Part shown: piece after piece, positions 17,270 through 25,598 of the stretch
How the letters are laid out: each line of letters opens with the position of its first letter
Numbering within the stretch: position 1 is the first letter of the stretch
Source: a virus
Direction: 5' to 3' (one strand)
DNA: 64,000 bases
IMG/VR virus record: IMGVR_UViG_3300032308_001297
Span: 32,001 to 96,000 of that record
Program-made: the position numbers and the translations under genes
Notes under the pieces: generated by a model
What the model was told of the DNA's origin: nothing
What the model saw: only the letters and a program-made list of their open reading frames with translations
Database searches by the model: none

Positions 17270-17672
17270 CGCCAAACATTCCTTCTTCGTCTGTAGAGTA
17301 TACTGTTTTTTTGATACCAAAATGCTCAATGGCTTTAGAACACCCAGAGCAAGGTTCGGCCAAACCGCTAACCCAGTTTACATCTCCCTTATTAGTTTTC
17401 TTGACACGATAAACATAAAGGGTTGCATCTTTTAGATCCTCTTGTTCTACGATCCTCAATGCATTGATGATACAATCTACCTCTGCATGTTTAAAAATCG
17501 CATCGTTGTTCTTAGAAAATCTTTTCTGCAAAGGATGAGATTTATCGGAGTTAAGACCAACAGAAATTACCTCGTTACGAAGAACGAGGCAAGCAGCAAG
17601 TTTCATTCTCATATTATTGTTAATGGCAATTCGACGAACGAAAGCCATATATTTCAAATCACGTGAATTCAT
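17256..17672 (-). CDS. Cytidine/deoxycytidylate deaminase family protein
   Basis: HAE and PCSGC zinc motifs. Confidence 0.8.
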   Translation of the reverse strand: MNSRDLKYMAFVRRIAINNNMRMKLAACLVLRNEVISVGLNSDKSHPLQKRFSKNNDAIFKHAEVDCIINALRIVEQEDLKDATLYVYRVKKTNKGDVNWVSGLAEPCSGCSKAIEHFGIKKTVYSTDEEGMFGVSWQ

Positions 17673-18249
17673 CAGAGTATCCTAAATTGCGGAAGTCTCG
17701 AGCATAGATAATTCGAACTCTATCAATCAAATAAGAAGTATAGTCTTTATAATACTGTTCTTTCGAGTAAGAGCCAACATTTATTTTTGGTAAGGCTATA
17801 TTCATATCTCTCTCTAAATCTGAGATGTTTTCAAATCTATAGATCTTATCCATTTCTGTTTTACCATCTTCAAAGATATAAAAAGATTGATCATATTTAA
17901 TAAGCGGAGTTTTCTCCGTAGCCATTCCTTGTTCTATCATAGATAAAAAGTTTTTGAAAGATATGCTAGACGTATTAAATCTGCGAAAATGATGATAATA
18001 ACTATACGCTCTCGTAAAAGGATTTCTTACGACAGAGAATTTAAATGTGTCAGAAGGTATGTTATTATTCTGTTTAATTACATGGTAAGGATCATGACCG
18101 ATATGCCATGTCCTTACCCATTTATCTTTACCTATAGATTCTCTTAATGCAATCCCTGCAGTTTTAGGAATGTGCACAAAAAGAAAATTGGAGCGGGAGA
18201 TGGGAATCGAACCCACTACGAACAGCTTGGAAGGCTGACACTCTACCAA
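17659..18249 (-). CDS. Sulfotransferase family 2 protein (start uncertain; N-terminus overlaps tRNA-Gly)
   Basis: FVHIPKTAG (5'-PSB), VRNPFTRAYSYY, RFE, YARDF..LGY. Confidence 0.75.
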   Translation of the reverse strand: MVECQPSKLFVVGSIPISRSNFLFVHIPKTAGIALRESIGKDKWVRTWHIGHDPYHVIKQNNNIPSDTFKFSVVRNPFTRAYSYYHHFRRFNTSSISFKNFLSMIEQGMATEKTPLIKYDQSFYIFEDGKTEMDKIYRFENISDLERDMNIALPKINVGSYSKEQYYKDYTSYLIDRVRIIYARDFRNLGYSDEFT

Positions 18250-18263
18250 TGAGTTACACCCGC
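18189..18263 (-). tRNA. tRNA-Gly(TCC)
   Basis: GCGGGTGTAACTCATTGGTAGAGTGTCAGCCTTCCAAGCTG...GGTTCGATTCCCATCTCCCGCTCCA; one U6-U67 mismatch. Confidence 0.9.
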
Positions 18264-18463
18264 AAACCCCATTTAATCTTTAACCATATTCTCTCATGAA
18301 TATAATAATCGATACTCAAAAGAATATGTAAGATTGTAGCAAATCCTGTCGACTTACCAATGTCTCCAGTAAATACGAAAGTCCAGAATATCGTAAACAA
18401 CCATGCGGTTAAACGATAACTAATCATTCTTACTACTGTACGTTTATGAGTTTCTTGTATCAT
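18254..18463 (-). CDS. DUF2061-like small membrane protein
   Basis: ETHKRTVVRMISYR...YYIHERIW..IKWG. Confidence 0.75.
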   Translation of the reverse strand: MIQETHKRTVVRMISYRLTAWLFTIFWTFVFTGDIGKSTGFATILHILLSIDYYIHERIWLKIKWGLRV

Positions 18464-18561
18464 TCGGATAACATGTTTATATCAGAAGCCACAAAGCCAA
18501 TGATAATTGTAATCAAAAAGAAACAAACAATCTTAATGATTGCACTTGTTTTGTGATCCAT
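18460..18561 (-). CDS. 33-aa single-TM peptide
   Basis: AAGGA SD; MDHKTSAIIKIVCFFLITIIIGFVASDINMLSE*; ATGA overlap with next gene. Confidence 0.5.
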   Translation of the reverse strand: MDHKTSAIIKIVCFFLITIIIGFVASDINMLSE

Positions 18562-18576
18562 AATCTATATCCTTTT

Positions 18577-19713
18577 CTAGATCAACATTCTAAATTTATC
18601 GTATAAATCTAGACCTTCAAAATTTACATCCAAAGAATGAGCCGTCCATATATCATGCGTGGCTGTTTTGGGGTATCTATTTTCTCTAAAAGCTCTATCA
18701 TAAAACACAGGCGATTGTATCGCCTTTCTCATACAATTTGCACCTTTTTCATGTGCCATTTTCCAGAAATCGTTTTCGAAAACAGAACCAGCAAAATAGT
18801 GCATCATAATAAGATCTTCATTTCCACTTATTCTTTGATGGTATTTAAGATTAACTTCTTCTTCTGTTTGATTATTTTCCACCCAGTATTCCCAAGCGAG
18901 TCTCTGAACGTAGTCAGTAGTATTAATAGTCGTGGCTTCTAAAGGTTCCAAGAAGAAAGAAGCATTGCCATTATATGCTACTCTACCATCAAAGTTTTTC
19001 TTTCTAATAAAACTTTTAAAAGGAAATGTAATAGTATCTTCGCTAGGAGTTAGATCGTATTCTCTGAATATATTATTACTATCTTCTTTAATCTGATCAA
19101 GAGTAGCATAATTATCGTTATACATATAACCTATGCTACATCTATTTTTCAAAGGTATACCAAAGAACCAACCATGTGGTCTTGCTTCGGTACGAGTATA
19201 ACTAAACTTTGGATAATCCCAATAACACTGAGTAACATGAACAGCGTTCACAGGAATATTCATCAAATCAATCTTTGAAAGATCTTTAGGAAACCCAGAA
19301 CAGTCAAATATATAATCAGAATCAATTTGATCGTGTAAGATATTTTGTTCTATGGTATTAATTCTTGGATCAAATCTTAGTTTTTCAAAAATATAATTCT
19401 GCAACTTAACTGCATTCACATGCCAAGCAATCATCGGCGTAGCAAAAGCATGATGAAATGTGTTCTTAGACCAATTCTTTTTAAAAATAGAATATTTAAA
19501 AGAACCGTCTACTTTATCTAGATCATAATGTTCAAACCCCAAGTTCTCATACAAACTCTTACAAACAAGAGGAGTAAGACCTTCTCCTACTGATTGTGTT
19601 TTAACATTAGGATCATAGTACCAATCTATTTCCCAATCAGTCCATTTTAGAAAGTGTGCTGCAGCAAAACAACCTGCAGTCCCTCTACCAATAATAGCTA
19701 ATTTTTTTGTCAT
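18577..19713 (-). CDS. Flavin-dependent tryptophan halogenase (PrnA)-like protein
   Basis: IIGRGTAG, SVGEG, GSFK, GWFFGIPL, FLEPLEAT; start moved to ATG 19713. Confidence 0.8.
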   Translation of the reverse strand: MTKKLAIIGRGTAGCFAAAHFLKWTDWEIDWYYDPNVKTQSVGEGLTPLVCKSLYENLGFEHYDLDKVDGSFKYSIFKKNWSKNTFHHAFATPMIAWHVNAVKLQNYIFEKLRFDPRINTIEQNILHDQIDSDYIFDCSGFPKDLSKIDLMNIPVNAVHVTQCYWDYPKFSYTRTEARPHGWFFGIPLKNRCSIGYMYNDNYATLDQIKEDSNNIFREYDLTPSEDTITFPFKSFIRKKNFDGRVAYNGNASFFLEPLEATTINTTDYVQRLAWEYWVENNQTEEEVNLKYHQRISGNEDLIMMHYFAGSVFENDFWKMAHEKGANCMRKAIQSPVFYDRAFRENRYPKTATHDIWTAHSLDVNFEGLDLYDKFRMLI

Positions 19714-20081
19714 TGACAAACTGTAATCATATATGGATCGCCAAAGATATATCCGAAAGTATCCCAAGGATCTGGGTATGTTGTGCACACAGGACGAGGG
19801 ACAGGAACCTGTTCAATAATTACCTGTGGTGTTACTGGCATCATATAAACTTGATTAGTAACAATACCAACACCATTTGGAACATACTGCGGAGGAATAA
19901 CCTCCACAACAGGAGCAGGAGCCACGGGAACTGGAACAGGAACAGTCTTAACAACTTTCTTTACGACTGTTTTTGGACGAGTGTAATAAATCTTACAATC
20001 GTTACAGACATCGATCTCTTGACCTGCATAAGCAGGAGTAATCAAAAGACAAAGAGCAAGAGAGAGTTTCTTAATATCCAT
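19710..20081 (-). CDS. Exported Pro/Val-rich protein
   Basis: Signal peptide MDIKKLSLALCLLITPAYA; VPVPVPVAPAP. Confidence 0.65.
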   Translation of the reverse strand: MDIKKLSLALCLLITPAYAGQEIDVCNDCKIYYTRPKTVVKKVVKTVPVPVPVAPAPVVEVIPPQYVPNGVGIVTNQVYMMPVTPQVIIEQVPVPRPVCTTYPDPWDTFGYIFGDPYMITVCQ

Positions 20082-20376
20082 AGTAGTAACCCGATGGGCC
20101 AGAGTAATACTGATAGCGAACTCCCGGATAGGGGCCATACGCATATCCTGGACCAGTCGAGTAATATGGATATGGAGCACCACGATAATATCCGCCACCA
20201 TAACCACCAGCAGCTAGTCCACCAAGTAGTCCAAGACCAAGACCGATAGCAGCACCTGCACCGTATCCACCCCAACCACCATAATATCCACCGCCCCATC
20301 CACCACGATACCAAGCATTGGCAGGAGTTGAAGCTAGAACACTGAGAATTGCTAATGCTGCTACAAATTTTTTCAT
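20071..20376 (-). CDS. Exported Gly/Tyr-rich protein
   Basis: Signal peptide MKKFVAALAILSVLASTPANA; GGWGGGYYGG repeats and a Gly-zipper segment. Confidence 0.7.
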   Translation of the reverse strand: MKKFVAALAILSVLASTPANAWYRGGWGGGYYGGWGGYGAGAAIGLGLGLLGGLAAGGYGGGYYRGAPYPYYSTGPGYAYGPYPGVRYQYYSGPSGYYYGY

Positions 20377-20445
20377 TTTTCTCTCCATAAAGAAAAGGAC
20401 TAACCTTTGGTCCTCGCGAATCTATTTCTGGCGATCAACCCAGTA

Positions 20446-20453
20446 TATTTATA
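20446..20453 (-). promoter_or_regulatory. T4-type late promoter
   Basis: TATAAATA on the - strand in the intergenic region. Confidence 0.7.
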
Positions 20454-20471
20454 ATACTACACTAATCTTAA

Positions 20472-21404
20472 TTAGTCAACACTTAATTGTCTTTTTGTTT
20501 GTAAAAGATACTGTTCTCTAATTTTATCGCCGAGTTCTATATAACAGCAATCGCCACAATTTCGACCAGTAACAAGATAGTTAAGAACAGCGTTTTTGTA
20601 ATTCTCTACAGGACTTTTATTAGTAAGTTCAGAAACATCTACATCGAAGTTATGTAACAAAACCACAGCATTATAAACATAAGACATATCATTGTTATGT
20701 TTGAGTTCACTCTCTCTGAGAAATTCATAGTATTTATCAGGACGTAGCTTACCAAGACTATAAAGAACAGAATAAACGGTGCCGAGTTTATTACCCAGGT
20801 TTCCGGATTTAAAAATGTCACCCACGTCCGATACAAAACCATTGAAAGATATATCCTCTATAGAAGTTTTATCCCAAATAAAATTCCAATCATTCTTAAT
20901 CATATACTCCAGAAGGTATAAAAGTTCTCCTGGGTTTCCTTCGTCTAGATATTTTATCCTACCACAAGTATAATCAAGAACGAAATAATACTGCTGATTT
21001 TCTTTATCGTAGTTCTCTGCTTTAATAATCTCTACAGAGGACATTTCAAACTCTTCTGAGTTCTCGATGATAGAAAGTTCTTTTACTCCACAAGATCCAA
21101 TAAAGTCAGTAAACTGTGGCTGGTATTTCTCTTGGAAGATACCAACCTTTCCCTCGAAGCATCTCTTGCTTACATATGGACCCATATAGAAAACGTCTGA
21201 GAAAGAAAGAATGTTATAGCCATAAAGGTTTAATTGTGGATCATTACTAAGGAACTGACCATGATATGGAGCTCCTGCTCCTTTATAATAATACTTATCG
21301 CCTTTTGATACTCTACCATTAACGTGATGTAGATTGTCTTTAAAATCTAAGACATTAGTTTTTTCGCCATATTGATTGTAAATTGGAACAGTTGTCATAT
21401 TCAC
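20472..21404 (-). CDS. Hypothetical protein
   Basis: 310-aa ORF; no recognised motif. Confidence 0.7.
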   Translation of the reverse strand: MNMTTVPIYNQYGEKTNVLDFKDNLHHVNGRVSKGDKYYYKGAGAPYHGQFLSNDPQLNLYGYNILSFSDVFYMGPYVSKRCFEGKVGIFQEKYQPQFTDFIGSCGVKELSIIENSEEFEMSSVEIIKAENYDKENQQYYFVLDYTCGRIKYLDEGNPGELLYLLEYMIKNDWNFIWDKTSIEDISFNGFVSDVGDIFKSGNLGNKLGTVYSVLYSLGKLRPDKYYEFLRESELKHNNDMSYVYNAVVLLHNFDVDVSELTNKSPVENYKNAVLNYLVTGRNCGDCCYIELGDKIREQYLLQTKRQLSVD

Positions 21405-21964
21405 TCGCTATAATGCAGATAAGAACTCAATAGATACTTATCGCCTTTTAATACCGGAGCACCAGCGTGAGGATACATCCAGAAAGGAGGAAACATCAAT
21501 AGATTTCCTTTGATTGCTTGGAAATGCATATTCATGTTTGTGATAATAGTATCTCCTCCATCTTCTGGAGTGTTTAGATACCAAAAGAAAATCATAAACC
21601 GTTTACCGGAAATAAGATCGTTCGAATCAATGTGTTCATCGAAACGATCTTGCCCTCCTTCGCGATAATGTTTAATTCTAAACTGTTCAAATGCGAAATT
21701 CTTTGGCCAGAATTTAGTTTCTGTAACATCCTTACGATACTTTTCGATACCATCGAACGCACGTTCAACCAAATGCTGATGGAGTTGGGGGTGTATTAAT
21801 TTATGTCTACTGAAATTTAATTGTGTCATATTGGGAAATCCACCATCATCATATCTGATATGAAGATCTGGTTTCCATTTAAACATCGCTATCAATTCAT
21901 CACAAATATCTTCTTCTAAATGATTAGAATAAGACTTACAATAATCGTGAAGAAAAGAAGACAT
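21401..21964 (-). CDS. 2OG-Fe(II) oxygenase (prolyl-4-hydroxylase-like)
   Basis: EHID, WYLN..DGGDT, FPPFWMYPHAG, KY. Confidence 0.85.
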   Translation of the reverse strand: MSSFLHDYCKSYSNHLEEDICDELIAMFKWKPDLHIRYDDGGFPNMTQLNFSRHKLIHPQLHQHLVERAFDGIEKYRKDVTETKFWPKNFAFEQFRIKHYREGGQDRFDEHIDSNDLISGKRFMIFFWYLNTPEDGGDTIITNMNMHFQAIKGNLLMFPPFWMYPHAGAPVLKGDKYLLSSYLHYSE

Positions 21965-21978
21965 AATATATCCTATAA

Positions 21979-22054
21979 TGGCTCCCCGAGAAGGACTCGA
22001 ACCTCCGACCCAGGCATTAACAGTGCCTTGCTCTACCGGCTGAGCTATCGGGGA
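21979..22054 (-). tRNA. tRNA-Asn(GTT)
   Basis: TCCCCGATAGCTCAGCCGGTAGAGCAAGGCACTGTTAATGCCT...GGTTCGAGTCCTTCTCGGGGAGCCA. Confidence 0.92.
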
Positions 22055-22058
22055 ATAA

Positions 22059-22286
22059 TCATAATTTATCTTTAATAATTGCTGTTGAAGTTTCTCTATC
22101 TATTAGCATTTTTCCATAACAACAGATATTCCAATCATGTCCATCATATTCGCTAAATGATGGAACATTTATTTGCACATGCTTAAAAAGATATTCTTTA
22201 TCTTCTTCGAACACACGCCAAACATGTTCAGCAGTTCCTCTTCCTGACATACCTCTAGTTTTATTAAACCTTATACGGTATTTCAT
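22059..22286 (-). CDS. Hypothetical protein
   Basis: 75-aa ORF coupled to the upstream oxygenase. Confidence 0.65.
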   Translation of the reverse strand: MKYRIRFNKTRGMSGRGTAEHVWRVFEEDKEYLFKHVQINVPSFSEYDGHDWNICCYGKMLIDRETSTAIIKDKL

Positions 22287-22882
22287 ATTACCTCTGCTGG
22301 CGGCGGAGGAGGAATATAATCTTTAACAGTTATATTAAAGTGTAATACTTTCATATATTCTTTATTAAGATGATCAGCAATCCCATGAGGAATCCATGAA
22401 TTTGATAAAACCAATAATCCAGGATATGGTTCTAATGATACCATTTCACTAGCATATGTAATATCATTTTTATTCTTTTGTGGTAAGTTTATCTGATTCT
22501 TACCAGGTCTAGGATCGAAGAATAATATTCTACCGCAATTTATAGGAACGTCAATAAAATAAAACCCAGACATATGAACATAACCAGAATGAACATGTTG
22601 CGCCATATAGCTATGTTTAGGGTATACCTGTAACCACATCTCGTTTAAACGAGTTTGTAATCTATTCATCGCATAACCCTGAGAGTCTAATATATCCCAA
22701 GCATTCTGCGCTACATGACTAGCAAAATTCTGCACCCTAATATCAAAAGCAAAGTTTTCTGATTGAAACATTTGTTCACCAGAAAAATTGTCATAATTTT
22801 TAGAAACTTCTTTTATAGATTCTAAAAATATTTTACAATCTTCTGTATATATTGAACTATGAAAACAATCAAATTTTTCCAT
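22283..22882 (-). CDS. Putative 2OG-Fe(II) oxygenase (TIGR02466-like)
   Basis: HVH..MSGFYFI, FFDPRPG, SWIPH, HFN. Confidence 0.75.
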   Translation of the reverse strand: MEKFDCFHSSIYTEDCKIFLESIKEVSKNYDNFSGEQMFQSENFAFDIRVQNFASHVAQNAWDILDSQGYAMNRLQTRLNEMWLQVYPKHSYMAQHVHSGYVHMSGFYFIDVPINCGRILFFDPRPGKNQINLPQKNKNDITYASEMVSLEPYPGLLVLSNSWIPHGIADHLNKEYMKVLHFNITVKDYIPPPPPAEVI

Positions 22883-22898
22883 ATTTACTTTCGTTTTA

Positions 22899-22973
22899 TG
22901 GAGGAACTAGTCGGATTCGAACCAACACCCCAAGGATTTGCAGTCCCGTGCATTACCGTTTTGCTATAGTTCC
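22899..22973 (-). tRNA. tRNA-Cys(GCA)
   Basis: GGAACTATAGCAAAACGGTAATGCACGGGACTGCAAATCCT...GGTTCGAATCCGACTAGTTCCTCCA. Confidence 0.9.
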
Positions 22974-22975
22974 AT

Positions 22976-23001
22976 AAAAAAGGCGGTCGCTAGGACCGCC
23001 C
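22976..23001 (-). terminator. Rho-independent terminator
   Basis: GGCGGTC-CTAGC-GACCGCC followed by TTTTTT on the - strand. Confidence 0.75.
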
Positions 23002-23007
23002 TCTTGA

Positions 23008-23271
23008 TTAGAGACCAGCGGCCAGTGCTCGATAACCAGCGGCAATCAATGCACGGCTAGGTTTACCTGCACGATATTTACTGACAGTTTCGCCCTTTGA
23101 ATTTGTCTTATTGTTGAGATAGATAGCATAACCCATCTGACGGATCTGATAAACAGCGTCATGTGGATTAGCAACACCATAACGAGTCTTAATCTGCTGA
23201 GCAGTAAGTTCCTCGCCACGCTCAACTAGAGCAGTAAAAACCTTCTCAACCTTAGTAGCATTCTGTACCAT
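23008..23271 (-). CDS. Small winged-helix-like DNA-binding protein
   Basis: GEELTAQQI..YGVANP...IRQMGYAIY; strong AGGAG SD. Confidence 0.6.
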   Translation of the reverse strand: MVQNATKVEKVFTALVERGEELTAQQIKTRYGVANPHDAVYQIRQMGYAIYLNNKTNSKGETVSKYRAGKPSRALIAAGYRALAAGL

Positions 23272-23299
23272 ATTGTATTTCTCCTTAGTTTCACAACAA

Positions 23300-23473
23300 T
23301 TAGAGGATGTTAACTAACGATCCTCTCTCATCTACAGCCCTGATTCTCTTATCTGGGAACTGTGTTTTGAGTTGGTTCATAGCTGAAATGATCAGCAGAT
23401 CTTGGTCATTAGTAACGGTATATGTACGCCAATTTCCAGTATCATCTTGAACTTGGATGTAAATATTACCCAT
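23300..23473 (-). CDS. 57-aa hypothetical protein
   Basis: AGGAG SD; MGNIYIQVQDDTGNWRTY...RIRAVDERGSLVNIL*. Confidence 0.65.
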   Translation of the reverse strand: MGNIYIQVQDDTGNWRTYTVTNDQDLLIISAMNQLKTQFPDKRIRAVDERGSLVNIL

Positions 23474-23485
23474 TACTTTCTCCTG

Positions 23486-23686
23486 TTAATTCAGTTTAAT
23501 CTTACTATATTCTTCGATAAAAGTCAATACCGTTTTTAGATCAGAGAAGATAAACTTCTTATTCTGCCAACGATCTTCATGATCATTACCAGAGATCTCT
23601 ACCATCCAACCGTTTTCATAACGATTAATCGTCAGAGAATCTGAGACATTATCGAATATGTCCGAAAGTTTACTATTCGTTGCCAT
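23486..23686 (-). CDS. Hypothetical protein
   Basis: 66-aa ORF. Confidence 0.65.
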   Translation of the reverse strand: MATNSKLSDIFDNVSDSLTINRYENGWMVEISGNDHEDRWQNKKFIFSDLKTVLTFIEEYSKIKLN

Positions 23687-23693
23687 TATTTAT

Positions 23694-24107
23694 TCATCCT
23701 CTTCGAGATTTGGTTCCAACAGTAGTAAGATCTACGTTGGGGCCAGCATATTGTAATCCGCCCTTGTTATAGAGCGGCATTACCAGACTAGCTTTCTTCA
23801 GAATTTCTTTCTGAACATGCTCTGGTTCTTTGTGAAGGTTGGTCATGATGTCTCGTTTTGCGCAAGAAGACTTAGAACCTGACAATCCTGAGGAAACATA
23901 ACCCTCACGATCAACCTTCATACTATTAGTATACTCGGTTTTCCAATTTTTGTCAACTCCTTTTTTGATCTTTATTTGATCAGGATGAAGACCTTTTGAT
24001 AACAACCATCTATCGTGATCGGAGATCAACTTGGTTTTAGTCTTACTCTTTCGTTTACGATTACTGACAGTGGTTGTGTAATAGGCAGGAAGAATGTGCA
24101 TACTCAT
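23694..24107 (-). CDS. Conserved hypothetical basic protein
   Basis: PAYYTT N-terminus, PLYNKGGLQY motif. Confidence 0.7.
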   Translation of the reverse strand: MSMHILPAYYTTTVSNRKRKSKTKTKLISDHDRWLLSKGLHPDQIKIKKGVDKNWKTEYTNSMKVDREGYVSSGLSGSKSSCAKRDIMTNLHKEPEHVQKEILKKASLVMPLYNKGGLQYAGPNVDLTTVGTKSRRG

Positions 24108-24128
24108 AAGAATCTCCTATGTTCTTAT

Positions 24129-24157
24129 AGTATACTATAGAATCAGAAAAAAGTCAA
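24129..24157 (-). promoter_or_regulatory. sigma70-type promoter with palindromic -10 region
   Basis: TTGACT-17 bp-TATACT; -10 within the palindrome ATAGTATACTAT. Confidence 0.7.
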
Positions 24158-24357
24158 GCAATAATTTCAAGTATCTGTTTCAGCTTTTCCACAGAAGGTT
24201 TATATTCTTCTTCTAGAATTTTACTTGCATATCTAACGTTTTCATATTCCATTTCTTTTAGATATCTAAATCTAGAATCAATGACAGCTTCTAATACTGT
24301 TGGTAATAATTCTGAAATCTCAACGAATACTTTACCGTCACTGTATGTCTTCGACAT
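24154..24357 (-). CDS. Hypothetical protein
   Basis: 67-aa ORF. Confidence 0.6.
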   Translation of the reverse strand: MSKTYSDGKVFVEISELLPTVLEAVIDSRFRYLKEMEYENVRYASKILEEEYKPSVEKLKQILEIIA

Positions 24358-24688
24358 CTGTAGTATCCTTACTGCTCTCGACCATAATATACTTGGCCTC
24401 TGGATCTAATTCCATATAAGCATCAAGTATATGTCTAACGCTGTATAATCTTTTTGAAATATCTTTGATAGTGTTATGGACCGCCGGATCATTGACGCCT
24501 TCTTCGAGGTCTGTCAAAGCAGCATCGAGATTCATATCGACAGAATAATCAACCTGCCACTTAAAAATACTACCATCTTTATCCATTTCCTCGTTTAGTT
24601 TACTAGGAGGAAATAAAATATTTTTAATTTGCTCCAACTTTTCTTCTGCTGGAGTAGGAGGAGTTCTTTCAATAGTAAATGGCCACAT
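24338..24688 (-). CDS. Hypothetical protein
   Basis: 116-aa ORF with SD. Confidence 0.65.
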   Translation of the reverse strand: MWPFTIERTPPTPAEEKLEQIKNILFPPSKLNEEMDKDGSIFKWQVDYSVDMNLDAALTDLEEGVNDPAVHNTIKDISKRLYSVRHILDAYMELDPEAKYIMVESSKDTTDVEDIQ

Positions 24689-24705
24689 AATATATCACCT
24701 TTCAA

Positions 24706-25107
24706 TTATTTTTTCTTACGACCCATGTTATATTTTGTCTCTAAAGTCCAATCATTTTTTTCTTTATGATTGATAATTTTGATCTGACTCATTGATGCTT
24801 GAGGATCAAGAACACGATCTGAATCTACAATTTTTAATAGACCCCAATCCTGTAACAAGGTTGCGATTTTATTTCTGCGACCCTTATCCTCTTCTGAGAA
24901 ATCTGATGGTTTACCGTCTATTAAAAACATTTCTTTGAAATGGACAATATAATATCTGCCCTGTTTATGAAAAATATGACAAGATTGATAAAGTTTTCTT
25001 TCCTTACGAGAAGCAACACCAATACGAGTGAGCGTCTCTTTAATCTTTAGGAAGTCTTCCTCTTCAGCAATTTTGACTTCTACTAGAGAGTCTAAGAGTT
25101 CGTTCAT
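24706..25107 (-). CDS. regA: Translational repressor RegA
   Basis: DFLKIKETLTRIG, LYQSCHIFHKQGRYYIVHFKE, RRNKIA. Confidence 0.95.
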   Translation of the reverse strand: MNELLDSLVEVKIAEEEDFLKIKETLTRIGVASRKERKLYQSCHIFHKQGRYYIVHFKEMFLIDGKPSDFSEEDKGRRNKIATLLQDWGLLKIVDSDRVLDPQASMSQIKIINHKEKNDWTLETKYNMGRKKK

Positions 25108-25598
25108 TTCATCCCACCTTTTTCTTGTTTATTTTTTATTTCATTAATTTGAGCTTCCGTAAGAATTTTTAATGCTTCTTTCGCACGGATTGCGTTGTAT
25201 TTATAATGTCTAGAAATTAGGTCGATGAGTTGCTCTTGTTTCTCTCTTACTTTCTTTTCTTCTTTAGATTCTGGTTTGGTATAACGTTTTGCTTTGCGAA
25301 TACTATTAAACAAATAATCATAATGCATTTGATCCGTTACACCATAATGCCTATTCATTGCGTTGGCGTAGTGGATCGTGTCCTTATAATTCGAAAGTAT
25401 GTTATTGGTTCTCCATTGACTATAATCACCGTCAATCTCGATCCTTTTCCCACTCGTAATTGAATTTTCATAGCGCCAATCGTACCTCGATTTTGTTTTT
25501 TGTTCCCCTGACCACTTGCCCCAGTTACCGAAACCCCCTACTGCTTCTTTTTCAAAATCTCTTTTCTCTCCTAATACGTTGACGAAATCCTTAGTCAT
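25104..25598 (-). CDS. 62: Clamp loader small subunit gp62
   Basis: ANAMN..MHYDYLFNSIRK, AKEALKIL; between 44 and regA. Confidence 0.85.
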   Translation of the reverse strand: MTKDFVNVLGEKRDFEKEAVGGFGNWGKWSGEQKTKSRYDWRYENSITSGKRIEIDGDYSQWRTNNILSNYKDTIHYANAMNRHYGVTDQMHYDYLFNSIRKAKRYTKPESKEEKKVREKQEQLIDLISRHYKYNAIRAKEALKILTEAQINEIKNKQEKGGMK

